A stretch of DNA of 64,000 nt, taken from Eledone cirrhosa. Taxonomy: Eukaryota. The stretch spans positions 230,578,001-230,642,000 of the forward strand of contig OZ024742.1 in NCBI GenBank assembly GCA_964016885.1, read 5' to 3'. Both the position numbers and the translations under genes were made by a program. Shown one piece after another: positions 40,410 to 52,534 of the stretch; the first letter of the stretch is position 1; every line of letters begins with the position of its first letter. The notes under the pieces were generated by a model. The model saw only the letters and a list, made by a program, of their open reading frames with translations, made no database searches and was not told where the DNA came from.

Positions 40410-41370
40410 AGTAATGATGCTAATGATGGCGACTGGTCCTATAGTGCTAACGATGGTGGGGGTTTGTGGCCGTCGTAGTCGTCGTGGTCGTCATGGTAGT
40501 CATGGTAATCGTGGTAGTGACGCTGGTGGTGGTCATGTTGGTTGTGGTGGTGGTGGTGGTGGTGGTGGTGGTAGTTCTACTGTTAATGCTGGAAGTGAAG
40601 GCAGTGATGGTGATGTTGGTGATGTTGGTAGGATGGTCAGGCCATGATGCTCGTTCTGGTAGTGGTGGTGACGTGGTTGTGGGTGTGTGTGTGTGTGGGT
40701 GCGTCAATGCTGACTGTTTAAGTGGTGACGCCGGATGCTCTGCTGATGATGATCGTGTTGTTAGTGGTGATTTTCACTATCATTATGGTGGATGATGATG
40801 ATGATGGTGGCTAGTTTGGCAAATCTGGTGGTTGTGATATATGTTTCCTGAGTCTTGGTGGTGGTGGTGGTGGTATGGTTTATGATGGTTAGGATGGTAT
40901 TGACTGTTTTGAGGATGGTGGTGTCGGTTGTTCTGGCCATGGTAGTGGTGCTGCTGTAGTGGATAATGGTATTAACAGTTCTGAGGAGGATGGTGTTGGC
41001 TATTCTGGAGGTGGTGGTGATGCTAGCTGCTCTGGTGGAGGTAGTGATGGTGGAGGTGTTGGATGTGCTGGATGGTGGTGGTGTTGGATGTGCTGGATGG
41101 TGGAGGTGTTGGATGTGCTGGATGGTGGAGGTATTGGATGTGCTGGATGGTGGAGGTGTTGGATGTGCTGGTTGGTGGTGGTGATGGATGGCTGTTCAGA
41201 TTGTGGCAGCATTATTCTTGACAGTTCTGCTGATGGTGGTGGTAAAGATGTTGGCTAATCGGGTTGTTATGGTGGTGTTGGTGGTGGTAGCATTGACTAT
41301 TCTGGTGATGGTGTAGTCGACTGTTCTGGTAGTGATGATGTTGAATGCTCTTATGGTAGTGGGTGATAAT
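40410..41370. repeat. GGT/GAT-rich low-complexity tract containing a 25-bp x5 tandem repeat (41047-41171)
   Basis: GGATGTGCTGG recurs at 41061, 41086, 41111, 41136, 41161. Confidence 0.88.
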
Positions 41371-41395
41371 GGCCTTTCTGCAGGGGATTATGATG

Positions 41396-41491
41396 CGAGG
41401 TTAACTTTGCCTTTCATCCTTACGAGGTCGATAAAGTAAAGTACCAGTAATGGACTGGGTATTTACTGGCCTTGTGCGAAAAGTAGAAACA
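41396..41491 (+). mobile_element. Main SINE, 5'-truncated, 9-bp TSD
   Basis: ATTATGATG at 41387-41395 and 41492-41500. Confidence 0.88.
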
Positions 41492-41796
41492 ATTATGATG
41501 GGGCTGATGATGGTAGCTGTAACTGTCAGTGGTGACAGAGGCAATGATTGTTGCTCTGACATGGTGGTCGCCGTTGTTGTGGTAGGAGATAGTTTCTGGG
41601 TATTTTTCCCATTGTTTTCTATTGAATAATACCCTTTTTATAATTATAATTCCTGGGTGGAGATATTTGGCTTGTGATCTATCGGGATTTTGTTTATGTG
41701 TAAGTAACACCAATTACTTATAGCTGAATAATCTCTTCGCGTCTATCAATGTTTTAACTTTTTTACCTACAAATTATCGATATTTATTGATGATAT

Positions 41797-41948
41797 AATT
41801 GTTTCTACAATAGGCACAAGGCCAGCAATTATCCCAGTGCATTACTGGTAATTTATTTTATCGATCCCCGTTAGGAGGAAAGGCAAAGTTAACCTCGGCG
41901 GGATTTGAACTCAGAATGGCAAATCCCGCCGAGGTTAACTTTGCCTTT
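41797..41948 (-). mobile_element. Main SINE, truncated, with 5' fold-back duplication
   Basis: TSD TTTATTGATGATAT at 41783-41796 and 41946-41959; 41921-41948 inverts 41880-41907. Confidence 0.88.
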
Positions 41949-42029
41949 ATTGATGATATGATGTTATTCATATATATTCTCAAATTCCACATTATGTATG
42001 ATTGCTCTTTGCTTTCTTTTGTAGCTCTC

Positions 42030-42114
<85 letters not shown>

Positions 42115-42179
42115 AGAAGTGGTAGAATGTTACAAAGCTTGAATACAAGTGTATATTAGTGGATCGATATATATCTATG

Positions 42180-42235
<56 letters not shown>

Positions 42236-42430
42236 CCTGAGTCCTGTATTTTCGTTGCTGTGGTAATGCGGCTAGACTGCCGATCGCTATATTTGATTTG
42301 CTAAGCTGTCTAAACGTATTGTTATTACTCTGGGGTACTATTCTCATTCGAGTGCTAAAGTTCCATACCGAATTTGCATTCGTTAACTTGGCCGCAAGCT
42401 AAACCTTCATTAATGCTGTACTAAAATGTG

Positions 42431-42512
<82 letters not shown>

Positions 42513-42623
42513 ACAAACCACAACTCTTGCATCTCAAAATTAGTTTTGACAAGTATGAGAGCTTTGAAACCGGTAAAGGAAATAAATAAATAAGAATCCA
42601 GATGCATTTTCGATTTTTTTCCT

Positions 42624-42664
<41 letters not shown>

Positions 42665-45600
42665 ATCCCAGTAGGGTTTAGACCCGGCGTGTCAAGGGCC
42701 GTCTCTAAATATAGCATGCCCAGACGTTCATCTAACACGAAGTCTCTCACCAATCCAAATACATAATATTACCTCTTCTCAACTTTGTCACCGCAATTTA
42801 TATTGTACATATTTAAAGCTGCCAAGCGCTGCACTAAAGGGAGACTTTGCAATAACTGTGTTATGTATGATAATCTCAAAATGGTCACACTTCATTTGTT
42901 TTAAGGTATTACTCCATTCTGACTATCTTTCCGATGAAAGACGCTATCTGAGTTTTTAAACTATTTTGACAATAATAATTTGGATGGATTTCGTAATATA
43001 ACTAACTTTCTCGGTATCTATCTAGTGTTTAGAGCATAGAATTATGTTGAAAGTGTTTATAGACTAATATGAACACTTTATGTTAAATAGTTCATCATGG
43101 AACTTGGTACGGTTTCAGGTGATATAGAAAAGGTTAGTTGTCTTCATATTATTAATGAATAAGTAGGATAATTAAAGAAGGATATATTTTATAGTAGAAA
43201 TAACAGCATATATTGACACGTCCCGTAGGGCAATATAGTCAAAGGAAAAACTATATCACCATTTCTCATACGTAGATTTTTCGGTTTTATTGGTGTGATA
43301 ATAGATTTCGTTTGCGCAATGGGAAATAGAGTGTCTATTTGAGCTATGTAAGAACTTCATCCATATGATTTGAAGAATTTGGCAATGTTAGACCGGACGA
43401 GCCAACCTACATCACAGATCGATGAACTTGCCTATAGAAAGTATCATATAAGGCTTGTTAAAATATGATGCATTAATTTCATATAAAGTACTGTGTAGAT
43501 ACATGAATAACTATGCTGAAGTGAATGGCATGCGAGATGGGAACTAATAGAATTATGATAGTGTAGACTGGTTGTTTTATAGATAGTGTCTCAGATAAAG
43601 TATAAAACCATCATCGAAGCTTAACTGTAGCTTTCTATTAAAACGAAAAATGTTTTTGATCTACAATTCATGATGATGGTATCATATTTATATATGAGTG
43701 TGTGATCTGATAACATAGATATTGAATGTGGGTGATATCAGGCATGGGGAATCAATGCAAGGAAAAAATAAACGGTCAATTGTGCGTTGTCTTGATATGA
43801 CGCTTTCTAATGCATAAAGTCATGATAATACATTAATTTATTGACGGTAGTGTGCACAAATGAAAATGGATTGATTGAAAGACAGTCACTGTTCAGTTGG
43901 GTTAACGGGATCACACTAGCACTAACATATAAAGAAATGAAACAATGTTCAGATTTTGAACACGATATGCATGAATCCATTATTGCTAAAGGAATAATCA
44001 CAAAAATATGATGATTATTGATATGGTATGTCGCAGATCAGGAATAACAGCAACAAATCTGAGTCACGTCTAATGCAAGAATAGAGAAAGAAATCCATTT
44101 TTTTAGGTGTAGTAGCAATGAACTTCTCGTTGCAATAAAGAACACTAGGATGAAGAGTTGTGATGATTGGGTGGGAAGGCTTTCCGGGAGTTAATCCCAG
44201 GTCTCTGGAATATATTTCATCTGTCTGGATAAACTTCATCATCTGCGTCGACTTTCTGTTCAAATCCGAAAACTTACCTTATCAGGAAATGCCGACATTG
44301 AAATTCCTTCAAATTATTAGGATTATATGCATAAAATATATCTAGTAGAAGGAAGATTATGGCGCCTAAGAACGATGTTTCGTTTTCATGAATTTATGGC
44401 ACTATATAAGAGTATAAAGACTAATAATACTACTTCTACTAAGAGACCAAAAGCAGACCTGTAAAAACTCCTCGTCCGGCGGGGAGTTCTCGCACCCACT
44501 TTGGGGTGGGTGGGAAATGCCTTCTCTTGTGAAATGGGTATAGCTTTCATTATGTAAAATCTCCCCATTGTTAGGGCACCTTTTGTCATGGTACTCTCCG
44601 TCTGGTAGTTCTGGAAAACATAAAGCCGGACTGAAGCTGCGAGGCGTTCTGTCAGACATTCTAACGAGTTTAGAATGTATATACAGATATAGAAGAATGT
44701 ATTGTGTGAAAGCGAATTTTGAGAAATGTGTTTTAAGGAATTATTCAAACGGCCTGAATTTTGCTGAAAGACGAAGAAATGGAAACATTCTATCCCTCTA
44801 ATAACAGATAATGTGACGTGAATGTGCATGATAAAGATAAAACTAGCGAAAGCAATTATAATAACAGTTTTTAAATTGGGCACAATTTTGCAGGGAGGAG
44901 AAATCAATTAAATCAACTTGGTACTGGTACTTTATTTTATAATTACGGGATGATGAATGGCAAAGTTAACTTTGGGGGGATATGAACTCAGAATATAGTA
45001 AGACGTAACAAATGCCACACATTATTTTGTCTGGAGCTTTAACAATTCTACCACTGCACCTCCTTAACATTTAAACCGGCCGTATCCAGCTAGAAATCTG
45101 TCGCTTCTTTCTGTTCAAACCAACCATACCCGGCTGCTCGTACCTATGTTGAGGTATTGTTGTCAAAATAAATAATATCAAAATCGCGTAGATTCAATAT
45201 TATGTGAGATAATTGTCTGAGATAAAGTGTTTACCATGAAAATAAAATAGTAAATATAGAGTAATGTAAATGCTAAAGAGTTAATAAAAATTATAATAAT
45301 GTTTAAAAATTGAGAGATTGCCCATAATGATAGACGTTTGTTATTCGAAAACCCAGCAATACAAAGATCTGTAAATATCATTAGACTACCTTAATCTTTC
45401 AACATGTTTTGTTAAACCTAGCCATTATATCGAAGCTTAAATATTCGTGTGTTTACCGCAATGTACATAACCCTTGTTATAATAAATGCAACTCTTGATG
45501 TATTTCACAAACCACAATGAAGAAGAAGAAAAATAACAAAATATATTATATATATCTTATAGGCGGCGAATTAACAGATTCGTTAGAACGTTGGATAGAA

Positions 45601-46150
45601 TGCTTTGCGGTATTCCTTCCGGTTTTCTTCTCAAAACCGACCGAGTTCTACCTTGCCTTTCATCTTTCCGAGATTGATAAAAAACGTACCAGTCCAGTAC
45701 TGGGGTCGATTCTTCCTCCATATCTCTTTCTGACGTTCTCTTTCTCACTCTCAATCCTGCTGCGTTGTGTTCACACCTGCAGATGAGATTGGTTCCACCA
45801 GGTTTTAAATTCGCAAAGAAACGACTTGTGTCAGGACGGCACCACTAAGAATCCATCGGAAGTTACGGGTCATACATACATTATATACTTATATATTCTA
45901 TGACACCTTCTTTCTCAGATAATAGATTTGTCAATTAATGGAGAATAATGTTCAATGTTTTGTGATAAGATAGAGAGAATATTTCAAAAACATATATCCC
46001 ATTGCTTTTACTGATGTGGAGCAGTAGGTTGACAGGTAGCATGTGGAGTCATTTCTATGTATCTACATGACGTTTCGGTTTTCAATTCTATTTATTGTCA
46101 AGATACTATCCGTTTACATTTCCTTTCCATTTCTTATCATAATAGATAAT

Positions 46151-46335
46151 TGTTTCTACTTTTGGCACAAGGCCAGCAATTAACAGTACATTACTGTTTT
46201 TTTTATTCTATCGACCTCGTAAGGATGAAATGCAAAGTTAACCTCGGCGGGATTTGAACTCAGTCCGTAAAAAGACGTAACTATGCTGGAAAGCGTAGCG
46301 TCCGACCCTCTACTGATACTGCCAATCCACCGCCC
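46151..46335 (-). mobile_element. Main SINE, full length
   Basis: Consensus match; 21-bp flanking repeats at 46130-46150 and 46336-46356. Confidence 0.92.
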
Positions 46336-46356
46336 TTTCTTATAATAATAGATAAT

Positions 46357-46475
46357 TGTTTCTATTATTGGCACAAGGCCAGCAATTAGCCAGTACATTA
46401 CTGGTACTTTATTTTATCGACCCCGTAAGGATGAAAGGCAAAGTTAACCTCGGCGGGATTTGAACTCAGAATGGC
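46357..46475 (-). mobile_element. Main SINE, 5'-truncated, tandem to previous copy
   Basis: Third AATAGATAAT at 46476-46485. Confidence 0.9.
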
Positions 46476-49400
46476 AATAGATAATGTCTGCAATTTAGTT
46501 CAATGTTTTCATTAAATCTTCTGAAAACTATTACCACCTAAATTCTGGCTTCAGGCAGTAGAAATATAATACACACACCATGACAGGATATGTCAAATGT
46601 GTTGTAGGTGTGCGTGGGGGGGGGGGGGGGGGGGCTGTCTGTGTGTGTTTCATAAATAAAGACATAGGATTGTTTTGCGAATTCCTTTAAAGTGCAAATT
46701 AGAAATACAAGAGAGAAAACTGGAATAGAGCAAAGAAGAAAAATAAAATAAAATAATTTACACTTTTATCTTATATTTAATGGTGTTTCGAGGTTAGGAA
46801 TACGTCTTAAAAGAAAACATTGCGTATGATTGTGATGATGAGCTATATCTATTCTTTTGAAAAAGGCTCTGACCTCGAAATATCATGAAATATAAGGTAT
46901 AACAATTATTGCCTTTTGTTACTCAGTTTACTCTGCATTGTACTAGCTTTCCGAAAACAATCCTAAACAAATATGTCGTTATTCTCCCCATAACTGCTTT
47001 GTTGTTGTTTCTCCTTTTTCTTTTTCTTGTTTTGGATAAGGCTTAGGTCATACAGCTTATGGTTCCGTAAATCTATTATGAAGCGTACATGATTCTTTAT
47101 CTAAAACTTGAAAACAAATTTAACCTTTTCATTACTCTGTTACAACTGATACTTTCTATGTTATGATATCCAAAGTGTTTGGAAAATATTCAACAATTTG
47201 GAGAACATTTACCTCGGCAAGATTTGAACTCAGCATGTAAAAGATTATAACTAAATTGTGAAAAAGTTTGTTTTTTTACCAAGGCTGTATCAATTCTGCC
47301 AATCGTTTTCAAATGATTTCTAATTTAGGCACAATGCCAGAATTCTTTAGGGACAGGGGGTGGGGGAGTCGATTATAATGACCTTACTGCTTGACTAGCA
47401 GTCAAACAAAGTTCGAACTCGGAACCTGAATGGGGCGCTATTAAATAGTACACAGTATTTTGTCCGACGCTCTAACGATCTGTCACTCTAAAATAATAAT
47501 AATATTAAGAATACTAATACGAAGACAACAGCAATGACAACAAAAAGGAGAAGGTAGATATGGTGGCTGTGGTGATTATGAAGCATTACTACAACCGTTA
47601 TTAGTATCCGTGTCGTTATTACATTGTCACTTATAACTCAACTAACACTTTATTCTATCTAGTCTGTCGAATAGTTTGACACGGTTGAATAATATTTTGA
47701 ATGGATGTTCCTTGTATATAACACCTTTGGAACGTATCTAGACCGAAACAAAAAAATTACTGAATATTTTTTTCTTTGGTGTTTTCTTTGTTTATATATT
47801 TTTATATATTATGTTTTTTAGCAGTTTCTCTCTCTGTAGTTTCCAGTCAACGAAACAAACACGTGAGGAAAAAATTCCGTAAAAGATTCTTAACGCATCG
47901 CATAACCTTCAAATAATATACAATTCTCTTTAACAAGGAAAATAGCTATATTTATTGTTTCGTTTTCCTTTTGAAGCATGAAAGAATAAACTTAATTTAA
48001 CTTCCCTCCTTATGTTGTGTTATGTGCCGTTGCAAAGACTGATGTCAGGTTTATAAAATATATTCATTATAAATCATGTAAATGTAAGTGATCTAGTATG
48101 TGTAGTATTTGACTCATGATCGTAAGGTCATGAATTCGGTTCCCGGTATTACATTGTGCGCTTGAGCAATAACATTCTTTTCGCGTTGCTCCACTCCACA
48201 AATGAGTTGTACCTATATTTTAAACAATCAGCCATGTCACACACTGTGTCACGCAGAACCCCATCCATTTTGTCCGCCGGGGCTGTGGGAAGGCCAGCAC
48301 GTGGGATTCCATTTTCTCACCATACGGAGAGATGGGGAGGGACAGAGAGATGGGGAGGGACAGAGAGATGAAGGCGAGATAGTGGGGGTTCAGCTGTTCT
48401 TTCATGTTTGCTTAGGTTACAATTGCATTATGATAGAAGCTGGAAGTGTCACCTTTTCTTAGACTAACTGATACATGGATGGAATGCAAAACATTTTATT
48501 TAATACAGAAATATCTAAAATTACAATTTTTATGTTTTTTCCAACGAGACAAATAAATTACGCATACTACACATTTGATCACAAAATATCCATACGTAGA
48601 CACTACGTTAAAGTTACACATCCCTGATGTGTTCTCAACCACATGCACTTTAAGTTCACTAGCAGGCTGTTCCATAGTCTGAACAACTGAATTACTTCTC
48701 ATCATAACCGACGGAGGCGCAACACATAAACATTTGACGATTAACGCCAGTTAACCACTGACTATGCTGTGAAAAATATGTATATTATATGTGTATGCTG
48801 TGAAAAATATGTGTATTACTAGTATAAAAACGAATATTTATTGAGGAGAGAATTGGTTTGGCAGATTTATTGGAGCGTCGAACAAAATTATTTGAGTAGG
48901 CATTTTACATTCTGAGTTCAAGTACCATCAAGATCAACTTTCTCTTTCATCTCTCTAGGGACATTAAAATACAATGCTAGTCAAGTTCAGGGGTCGATTC
49001 AATCAGCTTTCCTCTTTCTTAAAATTGCTCTGGGATGTGCCCTTAAAGAAATGTGTTGAACATATCGACCTCATTACATTATTTTCTTCTTATCGATCTC
49101 TTTTCTAACCCTAACCCTAACTCCACTCGCAAGGCATTGATTAACCCGAGACTATAGTAAAAGACACTTGGTGCCCTGAACCGGAAATCCCATGGTTTTG
49201 TAAAGCAAACTCCTTAACCACCTAGTCCTGCCTGCGAACATTATAATAATGCGTTATTGATTAGCTAGATGTTGATAAGATATTTAATATTCTTTATTCT
49301 ATATCTTGTAATTCGATAGTCTACAACTTTTTTATATCGATAAGATGGTAAAACCACTTCAAGAACAACTGAACCAATATGTTCTGATGTAAGAATATTG

Positions 49401-51333
49401 ACACAGGATTCAATATAATACTATCTTGATAAGTTCCAGCCTACAGTTATCCCCAAGATAGATTACAATCTAAATATAGAGACATGATCGTCGGCAGATG
49501 TAAGATGTTCCTTATGTTGTTGAGATATGTTTCATATCGTGAATATTTATTGATAATATACCTTAACTTTCAAATAGTATGTGTGTGTATTGGAGTTCCA
49601 TCGGTTTCGACTGCCTGTATTCTAGTTATTTGACCAATATGCAGGTAGCTGATCATTCTACAGATACGTACAACCTGAACTTAGTATCAACGTGAGACAG
49701 TATATGACGATTATATAAAGGTATAACTCATTTGTGACAGTTGAGTGGACTGGAGCAACGTGGGATATAGTGCTTTGTCCAAGAACACAACGCCCCTCCG
49801 AGAATCTAACTTAAAACCTTACAATAGTAAGTCGAACTCTGTAGTCAATAAACTATGCGGTTCTACATATTACGGATTGACTAAACAGTGACCAATATTT
49901 CTGGTGTTGGCCTCACAGCCACAAATTAAGATTATCTAGGAAGCATTTGACATCTAGTAAGGTTTAGTTTACACCGTTTCAATGTAATATAAATTTAGTT
50001 TCTTTTGAAGGAGAGAAACACATTTAATGTTTCTAATAGCAACATTGGTCGACCATTGATGTTTTATGATGTACTCTAAATATAATTGTGAAGATGCGAT
50101 TCGGGTGTTCGTAAGGTAGTGAGTTCGATTCTCTTAGGTGCGTTGCTTCCATTTAACGTTTCTGCAGTCTGCTCAGCTAACAAATATTAGTGGTACTGAG
50201 TTCTGCTTGTAATTCAAAGAGCCCGCCATGTTTCACACTCTCTCATGCTTTATTTCCCTGGGAATTATGTGAGTGGTGCAAGTCTTTATAAAATGCTCAA
50301 CCACATGTAATTTAAGGAGAAGGATATGCTATTGAAGAACAACTGAAACACTCATTGTCGGAACCTGAGCAGGTTTAGCATAAACACACACACACACATA
50401 CGTTTACTGTCATTTATTATTGGTACTTCGAATACTTAAACCTCAAATATTTTATGTGTACTGTATTTGTCGTTGAAATAGGGTAAGTACTATATGGAAC
50501 ATAGTCCGTTTAAAAAGTCGATCTGATGACGTAATAGAATTGTAGAGTGTTTACCTAGTAAATTTGGCACATGACCAGAAATTTGGGGGAAGGGGAAAGT
50601 GGATTATAACGACCCCAGGAATTAATAGTTACTATTTCAACTACTCAAAAAGGATTAACGACAACAAATTTGAACTCATAACGTAGAAAGTTGTAACTAA
50701 ATACCGCAAATCATGTTGTCCGATGTCTGCTAGCTATAATAAACAAGAGTGTCACGTTTTTGTATTTGCCTTGCAAAATTCTTGATGTGAATTAGTCTGT
50801 TGAAACGAGTAATGTTTTGGGGAGAGTCAATACCACCAATCATAAACACAAACACGTTTTGTGCTTATTTCAGTTTTGTAAATCATCGGATCAGTTCATT
50901 GAACAGTTGATTAACCAACTAATTAATTCATTATTCCACCAAATTCTTCCATCAAAATTTGTGACCTTATCGGAGTTGATGCGCCCTGTGTTTTCAATTA
51001 GTAGTATAACGTTTCGAAGGCACAAGAAGCTAGCATTGTAACTACAATCACATCTCCGGATCATTTCGACGTGATAAAACTAGATAAAAAAAATAGACGG
51101 CTTAAATGTATTTGACCATGCACTTTCTCGATCGCACAGAACCTGAAGCTAAACAGCAACACTCACATAAACATAATCTCAATACCCCTGAATAATTACC
51201 TGAAGATGTTTGCAGATGGCTTATATTTGAATAGCTGAACTTTAAAGTGTATATATGTTATATTATATAATCAGGAAATTTATATATATATTTATTTATA
51301 CACACACACACAACACAACACATTCACACACAC

Positions 51334-51388
<55 letters not shown>

Positions 51389-51519
51389 GAGGTTATATTT
51401 AATTTGTTGGGATTCAACAAGCTTAAACATTTTTATAACTGATATAAAGCACTCAACAGTTTAGTGGAGTAAATATACAATATATTAACAAATGGAAACT
51501 ATATTTATAAAACCATATT

Positions 51520-51585
51520 TATTTTATTATACATATTTCAAGGGCCACCAATGCAAATTATGGTGCGCTTTCATCAGATAAAATA
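51520..51585 (-). ncRNA. Minimal type I hammerhead ribozyme, family C, intact core
   Basis: TATTTTAT-CTGATGA-AAGCGCACCATAATTTGCATTGGTGGCCCTT-GAAA-TATGTA-TA-ATAAAATA; perfect 8-bp stem I. Confidence 0.8.
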
Positions 51586-51726
51586 CAATACAGATTTGTT
51601 TCATAAAAAATCATTGACATACCCTGAAAAAGACAACCTTAACGAGCTATCCAGGAAGCTCCAACCGTTAAGGTTGTCTTTTTTCAGGGTATGTCAATAT
51701 TTATTATATATATATATAATAGTAAT

Positions 51727-51780
<54 letters not shown>

Positions 51781-52114
51781 CACACCACTTGATCAAACTG
51801 ACACGCAACTTAGCTCTAACGATAAATATTTATATATTGTTTATTATTATACCTCTCAATCAATTAGATAGACGATGTCTGTTCTTATTATATGCAATTG
51901 TTGCCAGACAAGTTTCGCTTAACTCGGTTTATTGTACTTTTTTTTGTTACTTATTCTTTTATTCGTTTACTTGGTTCGGTCATTTTATTGCATAAATCAC
52001 TGAAAAGGGGCCGAATTAGTTGTTAGTGTGTCAGATTAAATAACTTGATATTTGTTCCGGATCCCTTTGTTCGGGGAGGTCACATTTGTCTTTCAGTATT
52101 TCTAAGCCGATATA

Positions 52115-52304
52115 GGGCGGTGGATTGGCAGTATCGGTAGAGGGTCGAACGCCATGCTTTGCAGCATAGAGTTACGGCCCTTTATGATCTGAGTTCAAAT
52201 CCCGCCGAGGTTAACTTTGCCTTTCATCCTTACGGGGTCGATAAAATAAAGTACCAGTAATGCACTGGGATAATTGCTGGCCTTGTGCCAAAAGTAGAAA
52301 TAAT
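52115..52304 (+). mobile_element. Main SINE, full length
   Basis: Starts GGGCGGTGGATTGGCAG; TSD TATTTCTAAGCCGATA at 52097-52112 and 52305-52320. Confidence 0.93.
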
Positions 52305-52321
52305 TATTTCTAAGCCGATAA

Positions 52322-52534
52322 GGGCGGTGGATTGGCAGTATCGTTAGAGGGTCGGACGCCATGCTTTACAGCATAGAGTTACGGCCCTTTATGATATGAG
52401 GTCAAATCCCGCCGAGGTTAACTTTGCCTTTCATCCTTACGGGATAAAATAAGTACCCGTCACGCACTTGGGTCGATTTAATTGACTTCCCCCTCCCCCC
52501 AATTTGTTGGCCTTGTGCCTATATAAGAAACCAT
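52322..52534 (+). mobile_element. Main SINE, longer subfamily variant
   Basis: Extra GGGTCGATTTAATTGACTTCCCCCTCCCCCC segment; third TSD copy at 52535-52550. Confidence 0.9.

Noticed and set aside
40414-41258. Gly-rich or mucin-like coding exon
   Set aside because: Stops interrupt all frames and the internal repeat period is 25, which breaks frame
43000-44263. Degenerate gene or transposase in the microsatellite-free stretch
   Set aside because: Short ORFs with no recognisable domain
49105-49121. Telomeric repeat (CCCTAA)n
   Set aside because: Under three units; too short to call
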